Source of the DNA: Chiloscyllium plagiosum
Lineage: Eukaryota
DNA length: 64,000 nucleotides
Direction: 5' to 3'
Assembly (NCBI RefSeq): GCF_004010195.1
Contig: NC_057750.1
Location: 12,989,369-13,053,368, forward strand
Under the pieces are notes generated by a model, which was not told the origin of the DNA, did not search any database, and saw only the letters and a program-made list of their open reading frames with translations. Shown one piece after another: positions 23,886 through 36,595 of the stretch (position 1 is the stretch's first letter; every line of letters begins with the position of its first letter). Both the position numbers and the translations under genes were made by a program.

Positions 23886-25282
23886 GTGGCTCTTTTCGAA
23901 ATTCACCCAAAATAAATTAGATGAGAAAGCGTTGTTTGGCAAGGAATATGTCTTTACCATTAATTTATTTTCATCGGCTTTACCCAGTTTGGCCCTATTT
24001 ACAATTTTTGCTGCATGATTTCTGTCAATCATCCCCCAAGAACTCAGCGTCGCTCTCAAAACCCTCAGAGTTGAAATCGTCCTCGTCATCCTTCTCCTCA
24101 ATAATTCACCACCCATCTCAAAGGCGCAATCTGTTGTATCACCCGCTACAATTTCAAACATCACGCCCACTAGTTGAGGAAACATTAAACATTTCATAAC
24201 AGTCCACACCACAAGTCTTTCATCTTTAGCCACAGTAAAGAGATTCCTTGGTCACCCTGCATGTGCAATTTCTGATTTTTGCTTGTGTTTGCAAAGTGTT
24301 TGGATTTTGCTGCTTTACCCACGACAAGGACATTCAGCGGCTGACTCCTGGGTGGCAATCACACATTAGCGATTGTGCATCACACTAAATGTGGTTGCAA
24401 TTTGCACCACAATATTCACTTATCCCTGATCCATTGGCAATGCCATGTTCTGGGTCTGACTCATAATTATGATGAGGATCAGAGTTGACACTTTGCTTAA
24501 GGAGTCTTGGTTTATGGTCGCAGTGTCGGTTCTTCATAATTTCTGTTATTCTATGTTAACACTTCATCTTCATGCCTGAGCCTCTTCCTTTCTCGTCCTC
24601 TTAATTGCAGCCTGTCGCTGTCAACATTTTATTTCCCTGCGCCAGACTCTTCATCTTCCCCGGCCCTGCCTGCTGCCTGTCAATTTCCCTTACCAAGTCA
24701 GAGCGTGTACTCTTTCAGAGCATTCAGAGGAAACAAATATGATGTTGTGAAAATATGAGAAGTTAAAAACAGAAATGGAAAATTTGAAACAAGGCCCAAG
24801 ATTTGCAATATAAAATACGCTCTTAGCTGACTGCTGGAAGAAGTAGTTTGGACAAGGCAAGTGTAGGTAATGTAGAACATCTAGCTTTGCTCTGTATTTC
24901 TCTATTTTAATACCTAATCTACTTTAGTGCCTAAGATTTGTACTGAAGCACTGTCGAAGCGTAAGGGGTAAGCCACTCAGGATGGAGATGAGGAAGAATT
25001 TCTTCCCTCAGAGAGCTGAGAACCTGTGGAATTGTCTCCCACAGGAAGCTGTTGGGGCCATTAGGTATAAGCTGTCATTAGATAAATTCAAGAGGGAGCT
25101 GGACATGGCCCTTGCAGCTTAAGGGATCATGGGATACTGAGAGAGAGAGAGCAGGAAAGGGGGACTGAGATTGCATGATCAGCCGAGATCATACTGAATA
25201 GTAGTGCAGGCTCGAAGGGCCGAATGGCCTGCTCCTATATTTTAATGTTTCTATGACCTGAAGATAGCACCTTGTGTGGCCA

Positions 25283-25442
25283 TGATTTGGAGATGCCGGT
25301 GTTGGACTGTCATGTACAAAGTTAAAAATCACATGACACCAGGTTATAGTCCACTATAACCAGATGAAGGAGCAGTGCTCTGAAGCTAGTGCTCCCAATT
25401 AAACCTATTGGACTATAACCTAGTGTTATGTGATTTTTAACA
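25283..25442. mobile_element. Palindromic PLE-like family B insertion
   Basis: gttaaaaatcacatgacaccaggttatagtcca...ggactataacctagtgttatgtgatttttaac with a degenerate hammerhead centre. Confidence 0.7.
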
Positions 25443-26639
25443 TTGTGAGGCAGCATTGTGCACATTTCACTGTGCTCCTGTACTTCACACTTGGGTACAT
25501 GTGACAATAAACCTAATTCTAATTTTAAGGCTGTGCAATCACCGTCCTACCTGGACTACCCTGTGTGTCACTGGTTTGATGTGGCACAGTGGTAACATTG
25601 ATGATTGCTAACTACAAAGCTCAGGCTAATTGTGGTCTGTGGGTTCAAGCCTCACCATAGGAATCTGAATTCAGTCATTTAAAGAAAAATAACAGTTCTC
25701 ATACTGAAAAACCAGTCTTGAATAGTGAAGCTATTGCCCATTGTCATTAAAATCAATCTGGGTCTGTAATGCCCTTCAGAGAGATGGTGATCTGTCATCT
25801 TGTATACAACTTTAGTAAGGCCACATTGTGTGCATGTCTGGTACACCAGGGTATAGGAAGAATTTGAGGAGAGAGTGCAAAAGAGATTTCCTAGGATGTT
25901 GCCTAGATTGGAGTGTGTTAGCTAAAGGAGAGGTTGGACAAACTTGGATTGTTTTCGTGAGAGTGTTGGAGGCTGAGGGGCAACCTGACAGACATATATA
26001 CCAGAGGCGTGGATAGTCAGTCTTTCTTCCAAGGTGGAAATATCAAATACTTGGGGGGCATTGGTTTCAGGTGAGAATGGGAAAGTTTAAAGGAGACTTT
26101 TTTTTTCTGCAAGAGGGTGGTAGGTGCCTGGAACACGCTGCCTGGTGAGATGGTGGAAGCAGATACCATAGCAAGGTTTATGAAGCATTTAGACAGGCAG
26201 GGAAATAGAGGGATACAGGCAGGCAGACAGGATTAGTTTAGAATGGCATCGTGGTGGGTACAGTCATGGTGGGCTGAAGGGCCTGCATCCGTGCTGTATT
26301 GTTCCATGTTTTTACCTGGTCTGGCCCTCATATGACTCCAGACCCACAGCAATGTGGTCGGTTCTTAACTACCTCCTGAGATGGCCTTTCTCAGTTCAAG
26401 GGTCAAATGCTGGGCTTGCCAATGACACATGTGTCCCCAGAAAGAACAAAATAAATTCAGGCGTGGGTAAAATTTGTACCTGAGACAGGCTCTCCCCTTT
26501 CTCTGTCCCTTTTGTAATCCTACTTTCTGCATGTTTTGTCATCCCTTTTTTCGAAAGAAGCATTAACTTGCATTTGTATAGCGCCATTAATGCAGCCAAG
26601 CATCCTGAAGTGCTCCACAGAGGGTGCATCAAAGAACAG

Positions 26640-27030
26640 TCAGAGGCTGAGGGGTGACCTTATAGAGGTTTATAAAATCATGAGGGGCATGGAGAGGATT
26701 ATTAGACAAAGCCTTTTCCCTGAGGTGGTGGAGTCCAGAACTAGTGGACATAGGTTTAGGGTGAGAGGGAAAAATATAAAAGAGACCTAAGGGGCAACGT
26801 TTTCATGCAGAGGGTCGTACATGTATGGAATGAGGTGCCAGGGGAAGTGGTGGAGGCTGGTACAATTACAGCATTTAAAAGGCATCTGGATGGGTATATG
26901 AATAGGAAGGATTTGGAGGGATATGGGCAGGCAGGTGGGACTAGATTAGGTTGGGATATCTGGTCGGCATGGACGGGTTGGACTGAAAGGTCTGTTTCCA
27001 TGCTGTCCATCTCTATGACTCTATGACTCT
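26640..27030 (+). mobile_element. CR1 LINE 3' end inserted in an L2-like remnant (~26565-27340, -)
   Basis: QRLRGDLIEVYKIMRG...RVVHVWNEVPGEVVEAG; ctatgact tail. Confidence 0.88.
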
Positions 27031-27845
27031 AATATTGGACAGGCTAGCATGTGACCGGGTATCAAGGTCAATGATCAAAAGCCAAGCGGAAGAGATAGGA
27101 TTTATCAGCATCTTGCAGGAGGAGTGAGAGGCCAGGGAGTGGAGCGAGGGAGTTCTGCAGCTCCAGTTCCTAAGCAGCTGACAGCACCGAGTGAAATTGG
27201 GGAATACGCCTGGAGCCAGGACTGGGAGCAGTGCAGACATCCTGCAGATCTGCGGGAAATTCCAGAGACAGGGAAGAAGCAATGTCAAGGAGGAATTTTA
27301 ACAATGTGGATGAGAAGTTGAGCAGGGAGCTAGTAAAGGTTTTCAAGTGTGGGACTGGTGTTGGAACAGAGGTAAATTCCAAAGAGGAGACTTTTGCAAA
27401 CCTGTATTCTATTTTGCAGGCGTACAAGGGAACACAACTCATGTCCCACCCCAAATTATGCATTTGGGTTCTCTCCTTTAGCTTTGACATATGAGTTTTC
27501 AGCTAGGAAGAAATATGCTAAATAACAACATTGTTTCCATATGACTCACCGACATGATATATTTTGTCTTTCATAATACGTCAGCATGACTCAGATACAC
27601 CTAAATTGTAGATAGTGTTTTCTATGTGTGCATGTGTTTCAATAGAGATTCAACATTTTGAGGATAAATTATGAATATTTGTACTAAAAACATGTGTGTT
27701 ATAAATAGACAAAGTATAGATTTTATCCGCAGAGTAACGTATCTGACCATGATGATATTCAGCATTTGGCAACAGTCTAAAACTTAGAGCCAGACTGTTC
27801 AGGAGAGATGTTAGGAAGTACTTCTAACACACAAACAAAAATTAT

Positions 27846-28046
27846 GTTAAAAATCACACACCAGGTTATAGTCCAACAGGTTTATTTGGAAGCACCAGCT
27901 TTCGGAGCGCTGCTCCCACACAACCACCTGATGAAGAAACAGTGCTCCGAAAGCTAGTGCTTCCAAACAAACCTGTCGGACTATAACCTGGTGTTGTGTG
28001 ATTTTTAACTTTGTCCACCCCAGTCCAACACCGGCTCCTCCACATC
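27846..28046. mobile_element. Palindromic PLE-like family B insertion
   Basis: Inverted arms gttaaaaatcacac...ccaggttatagtcc / ggactataacctgg...gtgatttttaac; hammerhead core CUGAUGA...GAAAGCUA at 27928-27956. Confidence 0.8.
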
Positions 28047-28976
28047 CAGACAAAGAATGGTAGACGTTTGGAACTTCCACAAATGGCAGCTGATCAGTTG
28101 TTAGTTTTACATCTGAGAACAACTAATGTTTGTTAAGCAAAGGTGTAAAGTATACGGTATACAGCATCCTTTTATCGGAAGGATGTGTTAAACTTCAGAG
28201 GGTGCAGAAAAGATTTACAAGGATGTTAAAACCGATAAAACAATCTGTGGATGCTGGAAATCAGAAACAAAAACAGAACTTGCTGGAAAAGCTCAACAGG
28301 TCTGACAGCAGCTGTGGAGAGACATCAGAACTCTAAGGAGGGGTCACTGGACCCGAAATGTTAACTTTGATTTCTCTCCACAGATGCTGCCAGACCTGTT
28401 GAGCTTTTCCAGTCATTTCTGCTTATAAGGACATTTCCAGGATACGAGGGTTTGAGTTACAGGGGAGAGACTGGAGTGTCAAAGGCTGAGGGTTAACCTT
28501 TTAAAGGTTTATAAAATCATGAGGGGCATGATAGGGCAAATAGCCAAGGTCTTATTTTCCCCTAGAGTGGGGGAGTCGAAAACCAGAGATTTAAGGTGAG
28601 ATGGAAGAGATTTAGAAAGAACCAGAGGGATTACTTTTTCATGCAGAGGGTCGGTGTGGACTTGTTGGGCCGAAGGGTCTGTTTCCACACTGTAGGGATT
28701 CTATTTATCAGGATAGTCACTGGGATCCCTGTGATTTTGTATTGGTCTTTCTGCACTGTTTCTCGGATACCTATGATTGTGCATGAGTTTATCTGAATGG
28801 TATCTGTTTTTCTGTATTGAGGGAAAAATTTAAAAGAGACCCAAGGGGCACGTTTTTCACACAGAGGGGGGTATGTGTATGGAATGAGCTGCCAGAGGAA
28901 GTGGTGGAGGCTGGTACAATTTAAAAGGCATCTGGATGGGTATATGAATAGGAAGGGTTTGGAGGGATATGGGCCG

Positions 28977-29270
28977 GGTGGTATTGGTGGCTCGGTGTTT
29001 AGCACTGCTGCCTCACAGCACCAGGGTCCCAGGTTCAATTCCAGCCGTGGGCAACTGTCTGTGTGGAGTTTGCACATTCTCCCCATATCTGTGTGGGTTT
29101 GCTCCGGTTTCCTCCCACAGTCCAAAGATGTGCAGGGCAGGAGTGAATTGGCCACGCTAAATTGCCCATAGTGTTGGGTGCATTAGTCAGAGGAAAATGG
29201 GTCTGGGTGAGTTATCCTTCAGAGGGTTGGTTTGGCCAAATGGCCTGTTTCCATACAGTAGGGAATCTAA
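28977..29270 (+). mobile_element. HE1 V-SINE nested in a CR1 3' end (~28820-29360)
   Basis: HE1 interrupts ...gggatatgggcc / gtgctggcaaatggga... Confidence 0.85.
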
Positions 29271-29723
29271 TTTAAAGTGCTGGCAAATGGGATTGGGTCA
29301 GATTAGGATGGGTGGTTGGTGTGGATGAGCTGTACTTATTTCCGTGCTGTGTGACTCATTGAATGGGCTACTCCTAAATTAAGGTCTACTTTTTGTGCAT
29401 TTAATTTTTTTTTTCTGTAAAAGTCCATGCACTCTTAAAGATGTAAGTGCACACACGCGTCCGTGGAATGTGTCATTGCCCTGCGGATGGTTTCAATCAG
29501 GCTTTCTGCTACCCAAGTTTAACTGTCAGCCCTCTCTCCATCCATTCCCCACTAGACAGCGCTGTGTGATCACTGTATGAGGCCGGGAGGGCGCTTCTGC
29601 AGCCCGGCTGACATGCCCAGGCCAGCCCGGGGAGGGGGAAGAAGGGTGAGGGAGGGCTTTAAGATAGGCCCCGACCTCAAACCGGTTTGACGGTTTAATG
29701 GTCGTGGACCGGTTAAACCCCGG

Positions 29724-29740
29724 AGGTCATGCAAAGTTCA
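29724..29740 (+). promoter_or_regulatory. DR5 retinoic-acid response element (AGGTCA tgcaa AGTTCA)
   Basis: Perfect match to RGKTCA-N5-RGKTCA, in unique non-TE DNA. Confidence 0.6.
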
Positions 29741-30209
29741 AGCAGTCAACAGAGCTCCTGTAAAATGAAAGGAAACCTCAATTAACCGTGATCTGCAGCG
29801 TTTAAGTCAAACAGCAAATTCTACACCGTTGCAAAAATCATCCCAACGATCCACTCAGATCAAATGTTACAGTAGAACTCTTTTAACCGGTGAAATGTTT
29901 TCTCTAATTTAGAATTACTCGGTTTTGTGATACTAATAATGAGCTATGAAGTGTTCCCCATGTGTGTTTAAAGAACTTCATAATGATACCATTATCAATG
30001 GGAGAAGTTTTCAAAGTGGCTATTTTCCCCCCCTGTTATTTTCAGGTCATTATGAGGCTGAATGCTGGTTCTGTTTGTGCACTCTGGTAAACTGGGATTT
30101 AAATACAAGCCGAGTCTCCAGGTTACTTTAACCCCGTTAAATCAGCGCGGGTTTCGGAGCCATTGGAAACGAGCACTCTCGACAAATATAGAGGGAGGTC
30201 GGCGTCAAA

Positions 30210-31320
30210 CCAGAGAGAGAGAGAGCTGGAGAAGGGGGGAGACAGATGGGAGAGATGGTCGGTGAGTAGGACAATGGCAGAGAGAGAGAGAGGGGGACAG
30301 TAAAAGTGTGGGAGAGACGGTGAAAAAGGGAGGGACAATGAAAGAGTGGTAGTAAGAGAGGGAGAGACAATTAGAGTGAGAGAGTGAAAGAAAGAGTGAA
30401 AGAGATTTTAAGAGAGGGAGAGATAGTAAGTGTCTGTGTGTGTGTTTGAGAGAGAGTTATAGGGAGACAGTGAAAGCGAAAACNNNNNNNNNNNNNNNNN
30501 NNNNNNNNNNNNNNNNNNNNNNNNNNNNNNNNNNNNNNNNNNNNNNNNNNNNNNNNNNNNNNNNNNNNNNNNNNNNNNNNNNNNNNNNNNNNNNNNNNNN
30601 NNNNNNNNNNNNNNNNNNNNNNNNNNNNNNNNNNNNNNNNNNNNNNAAAGAGGGAGAGAGTGAAGGAGACACAAAGGAGGGAGAGAATGTGTGTGAGAGA
30701 GAGACAGTGAAAGAGGAAGAGTGAAAGAAAGATAACGGAGGGAGAGAACAATAGGAGTGAGAGAGACAGTGCGAGAGACAGTGAGAGAGGCAATGGAGAG
30801 AAATTGTAAGAGGGGAGTGAGACAATAGCAGGGTGTTTGTAAGACAGTGAGGGGAAAAGGGGAATGACTGGGAGAGGGGGAGAGACTGAGTCTGTGAGGG
30901 AAAGAGAGCGAGAGAGAAAGGTGGTGAGAGAGAGTGAAAGGGGTCATGAGTGAGTTAGACAGGCGGAGAGAGGTACCAGTGAGACAGTGTGGGAGTCAGT
31001 GGCAAAGAGACAGGTGGGGAGAGACAGTGAGGGAGACGGTAAGAGAAATGTGAGAATGAGTCAGAAAGACACAGAGTTGTGACAGGCAGTGGGAGGGGTA
31101 AAGGAAGGGTCAGGGGATAATTAGTGGAGAGAGAGAGAGAGTGAGTGAGGCAGTAGATCGGGGCAAGAGTGAGAGTAACGACAGGAAAGTAATGAACAGT
31201 TAACAAAAAGGCAGTGAGACAGAGAGAGGCGTCAGGGAGAATAAATGACCCAGAGCAGGAACAAGAGGCAGAGAAAAGGATGTAGACTGAAGAGAGAAAG
31301 ATTCAACAATAAAGACAGGA
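30210..31320 (+). repeat. Purine-rich (GA) low-complexity tract containing an assembly gap
   Basis: Strong purine bias, e.g. gagagagacagtga variants. Confidence 0.85.
30484..30646. other. Assembly gap (163 N)
   Basis: Run of N. Confidence 0.99.
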
Positions 31321-31659
31321 ATGAAAACTCAGACATAAAACTCTCAAATAAAAAGCGCAGTTGTTGATCCTGAGTGACCGCGGGCCAGGGATCACACAAA
31401 GTTTGTGAGGAAAGGTCACTGAAGCTGGAACGCTCATTCTGCTTTCTCTCCACAGACCTGCTGAGTTTATGAGCAATTGCTGTTTTTGTAACACACACTG
31501 TCCCAGAGACTGGCGGCAGATCCCTAAAGGCAGCCAGCAATATCGGGCGCTAGTCCCTCCACAACACGGAAAGCGGGAGAGTTGGCGGAGGCTTTCATAT
31601 ATTTGGATCGTTTCTTCCATGTCTGCCTGCCTGCCTCTGTGCCTACCTCTATATCTACT

Positions 31660-31990
31660 GTCAGCCACATGACTACCTATCTGCCTGCTTATGTGTCTGT
31701 TTATTTAACTCTCTATTTATCCCTCTATACATCTATCTGTCAAACTATGTGTGTATCTAGGTATCTGGCTATCTATTTATCTCTCTACCTTTCTATTTAT
31801 CAGTTTCTCTATCATGTTCTGAAGGGTCACTGTCTCCAAAATGTTAATTCTGCTTCCTCTGCATAGATGCTGCCACACCTGTTAAGTTTTTCCAGCAATT
31901 TCAGTTCTTGTATCAATCTATTTCTGCTTTTATCTATCTATCCATCTATCTATCTATCTATCTATCCATCTATCTATCTTTCCATCCATA
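31660..31990. repeat. (TCTA)n microsatellite, degenerate, interrupted by a family D piece
   Basis: tatctatcta runs. Confidence 0.85.
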
Positions 31991-33429
31991 TTTCCTCCTT
32001 TCTTCCTTCATACACGAAACAAGGTCTGCAAGTATAATAATTTCCAGCCAATAAGGTGAGGTAGGAGTTTGAACACTCCTGAAAATCCAACTCTGGCGTT
32101 CGCACGGTTCTAGGTGAAGTCTCCTGCGTTTGGGGCTGTGGTTTGGCCCAATGTTGTATTTTAAAAGAAATGCCGTCGATTCCCCCTCTCTCCCCCTCCT
32201 AACCCCGTCCAGACAGCCCAGCCTGAGAAGGCGAAAGGGTTGCCCCAGGTTGTCGGGGGCGATGTTGGGGAGTGCTCCTAACCGCGGTGACACTTGGAAA
32301 TACTTGAAACCAATCCCCACCACCACCCCCCACCCCACCCCCGCCCCATTCCAGCTCAAATTGTAACAAAGTGCCACAGAAACATCACAACTTGCCTCAT
32401 CCGCCCACTTGCTTTTATTTATTCTAGTATCTGTACAGAAAAGGCTTAATGACGCCTCATCTATCTTCAGTCCACTTTGTGTTTGTAAACGGAATGTGAC
32501 ACTAAATGTATTTCCAAATAAACAGAGCGGATAAAGGAATAAAGAGCTAAACCCCACTGCTCACGCAGTTTGCTGCTCTGGAACATTATTAATTTCCCAA
32601 CCTTGCTTTTATTTATAAAAGGTGAATTTAAAATGTCTTTGGCTTTCACTGATTGGCTCGCCTTAAATCAGATTTCCATCACAGCACCTTCCTGGTCGCT
32701 TCATTTCAGATTCTCTCTGACCCGCTCAAGTTATTGAAATAATACACTTTCTCCTTCTCCCTTACAGCAGAATAAAAGCAAAATCCTTCCCCAAAGCGTT
32801 AACTTCCCAAATAAGAAATGGAGACAGAGACAAGGAGGGATTTCAAGACATATAGATGCGCGCTGTGAGTCTTTCTGAGCACAGTATCTGTGTACAACTC
32901 CACCTCATTGTCCCAGTCCCCTCAAACAATTCTATCTCCCCCCTGTTTTAAAATCTCAGGAATTCTTAAACCCAACCCCCCCACCATCCACAAATACAAA
33001 CACTTTTACCCCCCCCCCCCCCTCCTTCTCAAAATGAAGGTGACATGTTTTGAATGTTAACCTCTATTGTGTGGTTTCAGCTTGGTCGCCGCTGACTGGG
33101 CGTTTAGGGGGAGATTGAAGCATTAACTCGTTATGAGCTGGACTCGGAACACTTCCAGGGAAGATTCAGTCTCATCTGAGCGACGGGCGGACAAGATAGC
33201 ACGGACCCTGCAGCGAGAAGGGCGGTGGGGCGGGGAGGAGGTGAGGGGAGAAATCACACATCAGAAAAAGAGTTAGCCTTGAAATTCATTTTTTTTTAAA
33301 TCGCACCTTTCAGAAAAAAAACGAAAATAAACTGGCGACAAATGGAGCAAAGTTTGCAAAGGTTAATCTTATTCAACCTGAGAACAGTTAAACATATCTT
33401 AAAAATTGACAAGTGGAACACTTTTACGC

Positions 33430-34380
33430 GCATAAGATATTTAGCAATATTAGTTACTAGCTATTCGCTAAGAAATTTGCTGGTTATTCACTAAGATATT
33501 TAGCAATACTAGTTGCTAGTTATTCGCTCATAAATTTACCTGTTATTTATTGAGATTTTTTAGCAATACTGGTTACTTGTTATTCTCTGAGATATTTAGT
33601 TATTCGCTGAGATATTTAGCAATGCTGGCTACTAGGTATTCGCTAAGATATTTACCAGTTACTAGTTATTCACGAAGATATTTAGCAATGCTAGATATTC
33701 TGCAAGAAATTTACTAATTATTCGCCGAGATATTTAGCAATGCTAGTTGCTAGTTATTCGCTAAGCAATTTGCTAGTTATTTTCTGAGATATTTAGCAAC
33801 ACCAGTTATTAGGTATTTACCAAGAAATTTATTAATTATTCGCTAAGATATTTAACAATGCTAGTTATTAATTATTCGCTAAACAATTTGCTAGTTATTT
33901 GCTGAGATATTTAGCAACACTAGTTACTAGGTGTTCACCAAGAAACTTACTAGCTATTCACTAAGATTGTGAGCAATACTAATTGCTCGTTATTCGCTCA
34001 GAGATTTACCTGTTATTTACTGAGATTTTTAACAATTCTAGTTATTAGTTATTCTCCAAGGAATTTAGTAATTATTTGCTGAGATACTTAGCAATACTGG
34101 TTAGTAGATATTAGCTAAGATATTTACCAGTTACTAATTATTTACTAAGATATTTAGCAATGCTGGTTAATAAGTATTCGCTAAGATATTTACCAGTTAC
34201 TAGGTATTCGCTAAGATATTTAGGAGGACTAGTTATTAGCTACTTGCTGAGAAATTTACAAACTTTGCTGATATTTAGCAATGCTGATTACTAGTTTCTC
34301 GCTAAGATATTACTCGTCATTTGTTTTAGCAATATTAATTACTTGTTACTCGTTAAGATATTTACTAGTTACTAATAGTA
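33430..34380. repeat. AT-rich minisatellite (gctaagatatttagcaatactagttactagttattc; ~36-bp and ~22-bp subunits)
   Basis: About 950 bp of tandem variants containing GCTAA-gatat-TTAGC and ACTAGT palindromes. Confidence 0.92.
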
Positions 34381-36199
34381 ACTCCAACTTGCTGCTTTGC
34401 CTGCTTTTTAACTTTCGTTTTTGCCCAAATTGGGGTTTTTTTTGTGTGTGTGTGTGGTATTAAATAGGGAGTTTTAAAAACAAAATCGCAGCCACGTTTA
34501 TAATGGCTCTCCTTTGTACCAAGCGGAGTTCAGGCAGCTCACTCGCCCGTCCGTCCTACTCTCAATCCCCTCTTTATTTTACTGGATTTATTCCCGTGCA
34601 AAAGCGCTGTTTTCGCTGGAGCTAAGCACTGCCTTGCGATGGGGTGGCAGCTGCAGTTCCTCTGTCTGTCTCAGAATGAGTTGCCTCCGGTCACCCCCTT
34701 CCTCATGCTCACTAGACACTGTCATATCGCCATTCGGGCGCGTGTGCAATGAATTAATTCACCGGATTTCTGAAAGGTGGGGAAACTGTTGTTTAAAGCC
34801 CTTCTCTTCCAATTTAATAGGAGCCTCGTTCAAAGACATTGGAAGGAATTTGAACTTTGGAATCCCTTCCCATAATCAGAACCCCCTCCCAAAATAATAT
34901 ATAAAACTAGCGTCTTGTGCAGCCCAGGAAGCTGGGTTTAGCGAGTTTGGAGATTTGTAGCTCAGCTTGAGATTTCTTGCAGAATATCCAGCATTGCTAA
35001 ATATCTTCGTGAGTAACTAGTAACTGGTAAATATCTTAGCGAATACCTAGTAGCCAGCATTGCTAAATATCTCAGCGAATAACTAGCAAATTGCTTGGAG
35101 AATAACAAGTTCGCTCGCTGAGCTGGAAGGTTCGCTTTCCGAGGAAGGGGTCACTGGACTGGAAATGCTCACTCAGCTTTCTCCCCACAGATGCTGCCAA
35201 GACCTGCTGAGTTTCTCCAGCAATTTCTGTGCTTTTTGTTGTTGTTCCAGGTCCTGAATTGCTTGTACTTTGACCCAGTCTGATCTCATTAACCACTCCA
35301 CCCCCCCCCCCCCCCACCAAAGGCTTCTGGAAGTTAAAAAAAAGTCACAGGTCACACAATCAGGGCGCAGCAGGAGACCCTTCGGCCCACCTCCTATGCT
35401 GCTACTGTTCGATGCCCACGCGCCGTTTAAACCTTTGCACATCGTTTCTACCCAAAAAAAAACCTTTCAATGCCCCCTCATACGTCATTGAAGGGGGTGC
35501 ATTGGGTAATGTTTAATTTGCTTGCAGTTCCCAGGATGAGATTTCCATCACAGTGCTATTCCAGACACACCGCCCCTTCCCCAACTCTAGGCTCTTACAA
35601 GAGGAGCAGTTAGTTTGACGGAACGTTCAGGAGACAAGGACCTGGATTCCAGGGAGTATTCATCCAATTTGGCACCCCACCCCACCCCCTTCCCCAATCC
35701 CGTCCTCCATTGCCAAAGGGGGCCAATGCTCTGGAGAGAAGGTGGAAGGAGAGAGGTTGGGGTCACTCCCTTTGTCCTTTCAGTCTGTTTTTTTCATTGG
35801 CGATGCTGAGTTTTGACCGTCGAGCAGAGACCATCCATCATCACCTTCCCCAGGCTGTACCCTCAGAGGCTCAACGGGAGGGTGGAGGGGGCCAGTGACC
35901 TCAACCTGACACCGGTTCCTGAGACAGAGCCTGGACTTAAAGCGGCTTCCCCAACGCAGACATTTGAGAAAAAAAAAGCCCTTAAGTTTCAAAACAGAAT
36001 GCAGATATACAGTCGGCAAATGTATCTCTCTCTCACACACACACACACACACAAACACCCAACAAATCAGCAAAACAAACTCATTGTGAACTCGAAATTG
36101 TGGAGTTAACGATTTAAAAACAAACTAAGGGCAGGCGTTTTCTGAAAATACTTTTTCTCTTGTGGAACTCATAGCTGTTTCAAAGCACCAATATAGATC

Positions 36200-36595
36200 T
36201 TGTATAAAACATAACCCCATCCATGATAATATGTAAAACAGAACCCCCTCCCATTACAAGATTGTATGTAAAATATAACTCTATGACCTCCCGAAATGAT
36301 ATATAAAACAGAAAACCCTCCCAAAATAATATGACATAAAACAGAATCCCTTTTTGTAATCAGAACCCTCTCCCAAAATAATATATAAAACAGAAATCCC
36401 TTCCCATATTCAGAACCCCTTTCCCAAAATAATATATAAAACAAAACTCCCTCCCATTAGAATTCCCCCCCCAAATAATACATAAAACAGAATTTCCTCC
36501 CATAATTAGAACCCTCTCCCAAAATAATATATAAAACAGAAACTCCTTCCCATAATCCCCTCCCAAAATAAATGATATAAAGCGATTCCTCTCCC
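36200..36595. repeat. Minisatellite (cagaaccctctcccaaaataatatataaaacagaaatcccttcccataat), ~49-bp compound unit
   Basis: Direct inspection. Confidence 0.88.

Noticed and set aside
23643..24233. 196-aa minus-strand ORF
   Set aside because: Chance fusion of unique DNA to a CR1 ORF2 C-terminus; non-ATG start.
30044..30060. Second DR5-like site AGGTCA-ttatg-AGGCTG
   Set aside because: The second half-site departs too far from RGKTCA.
31970..32557. 195-aa minus-strand ORF
   Set aside because: No recognisable domain, non-ATG start, and it runs into a TCTA microsatellite.
33430..34380. CRISPR-like repeat with palindromic units
   Set aside because: There are no unique spacers or cas genes and the context is eukaryotic; it is a minisatellite.
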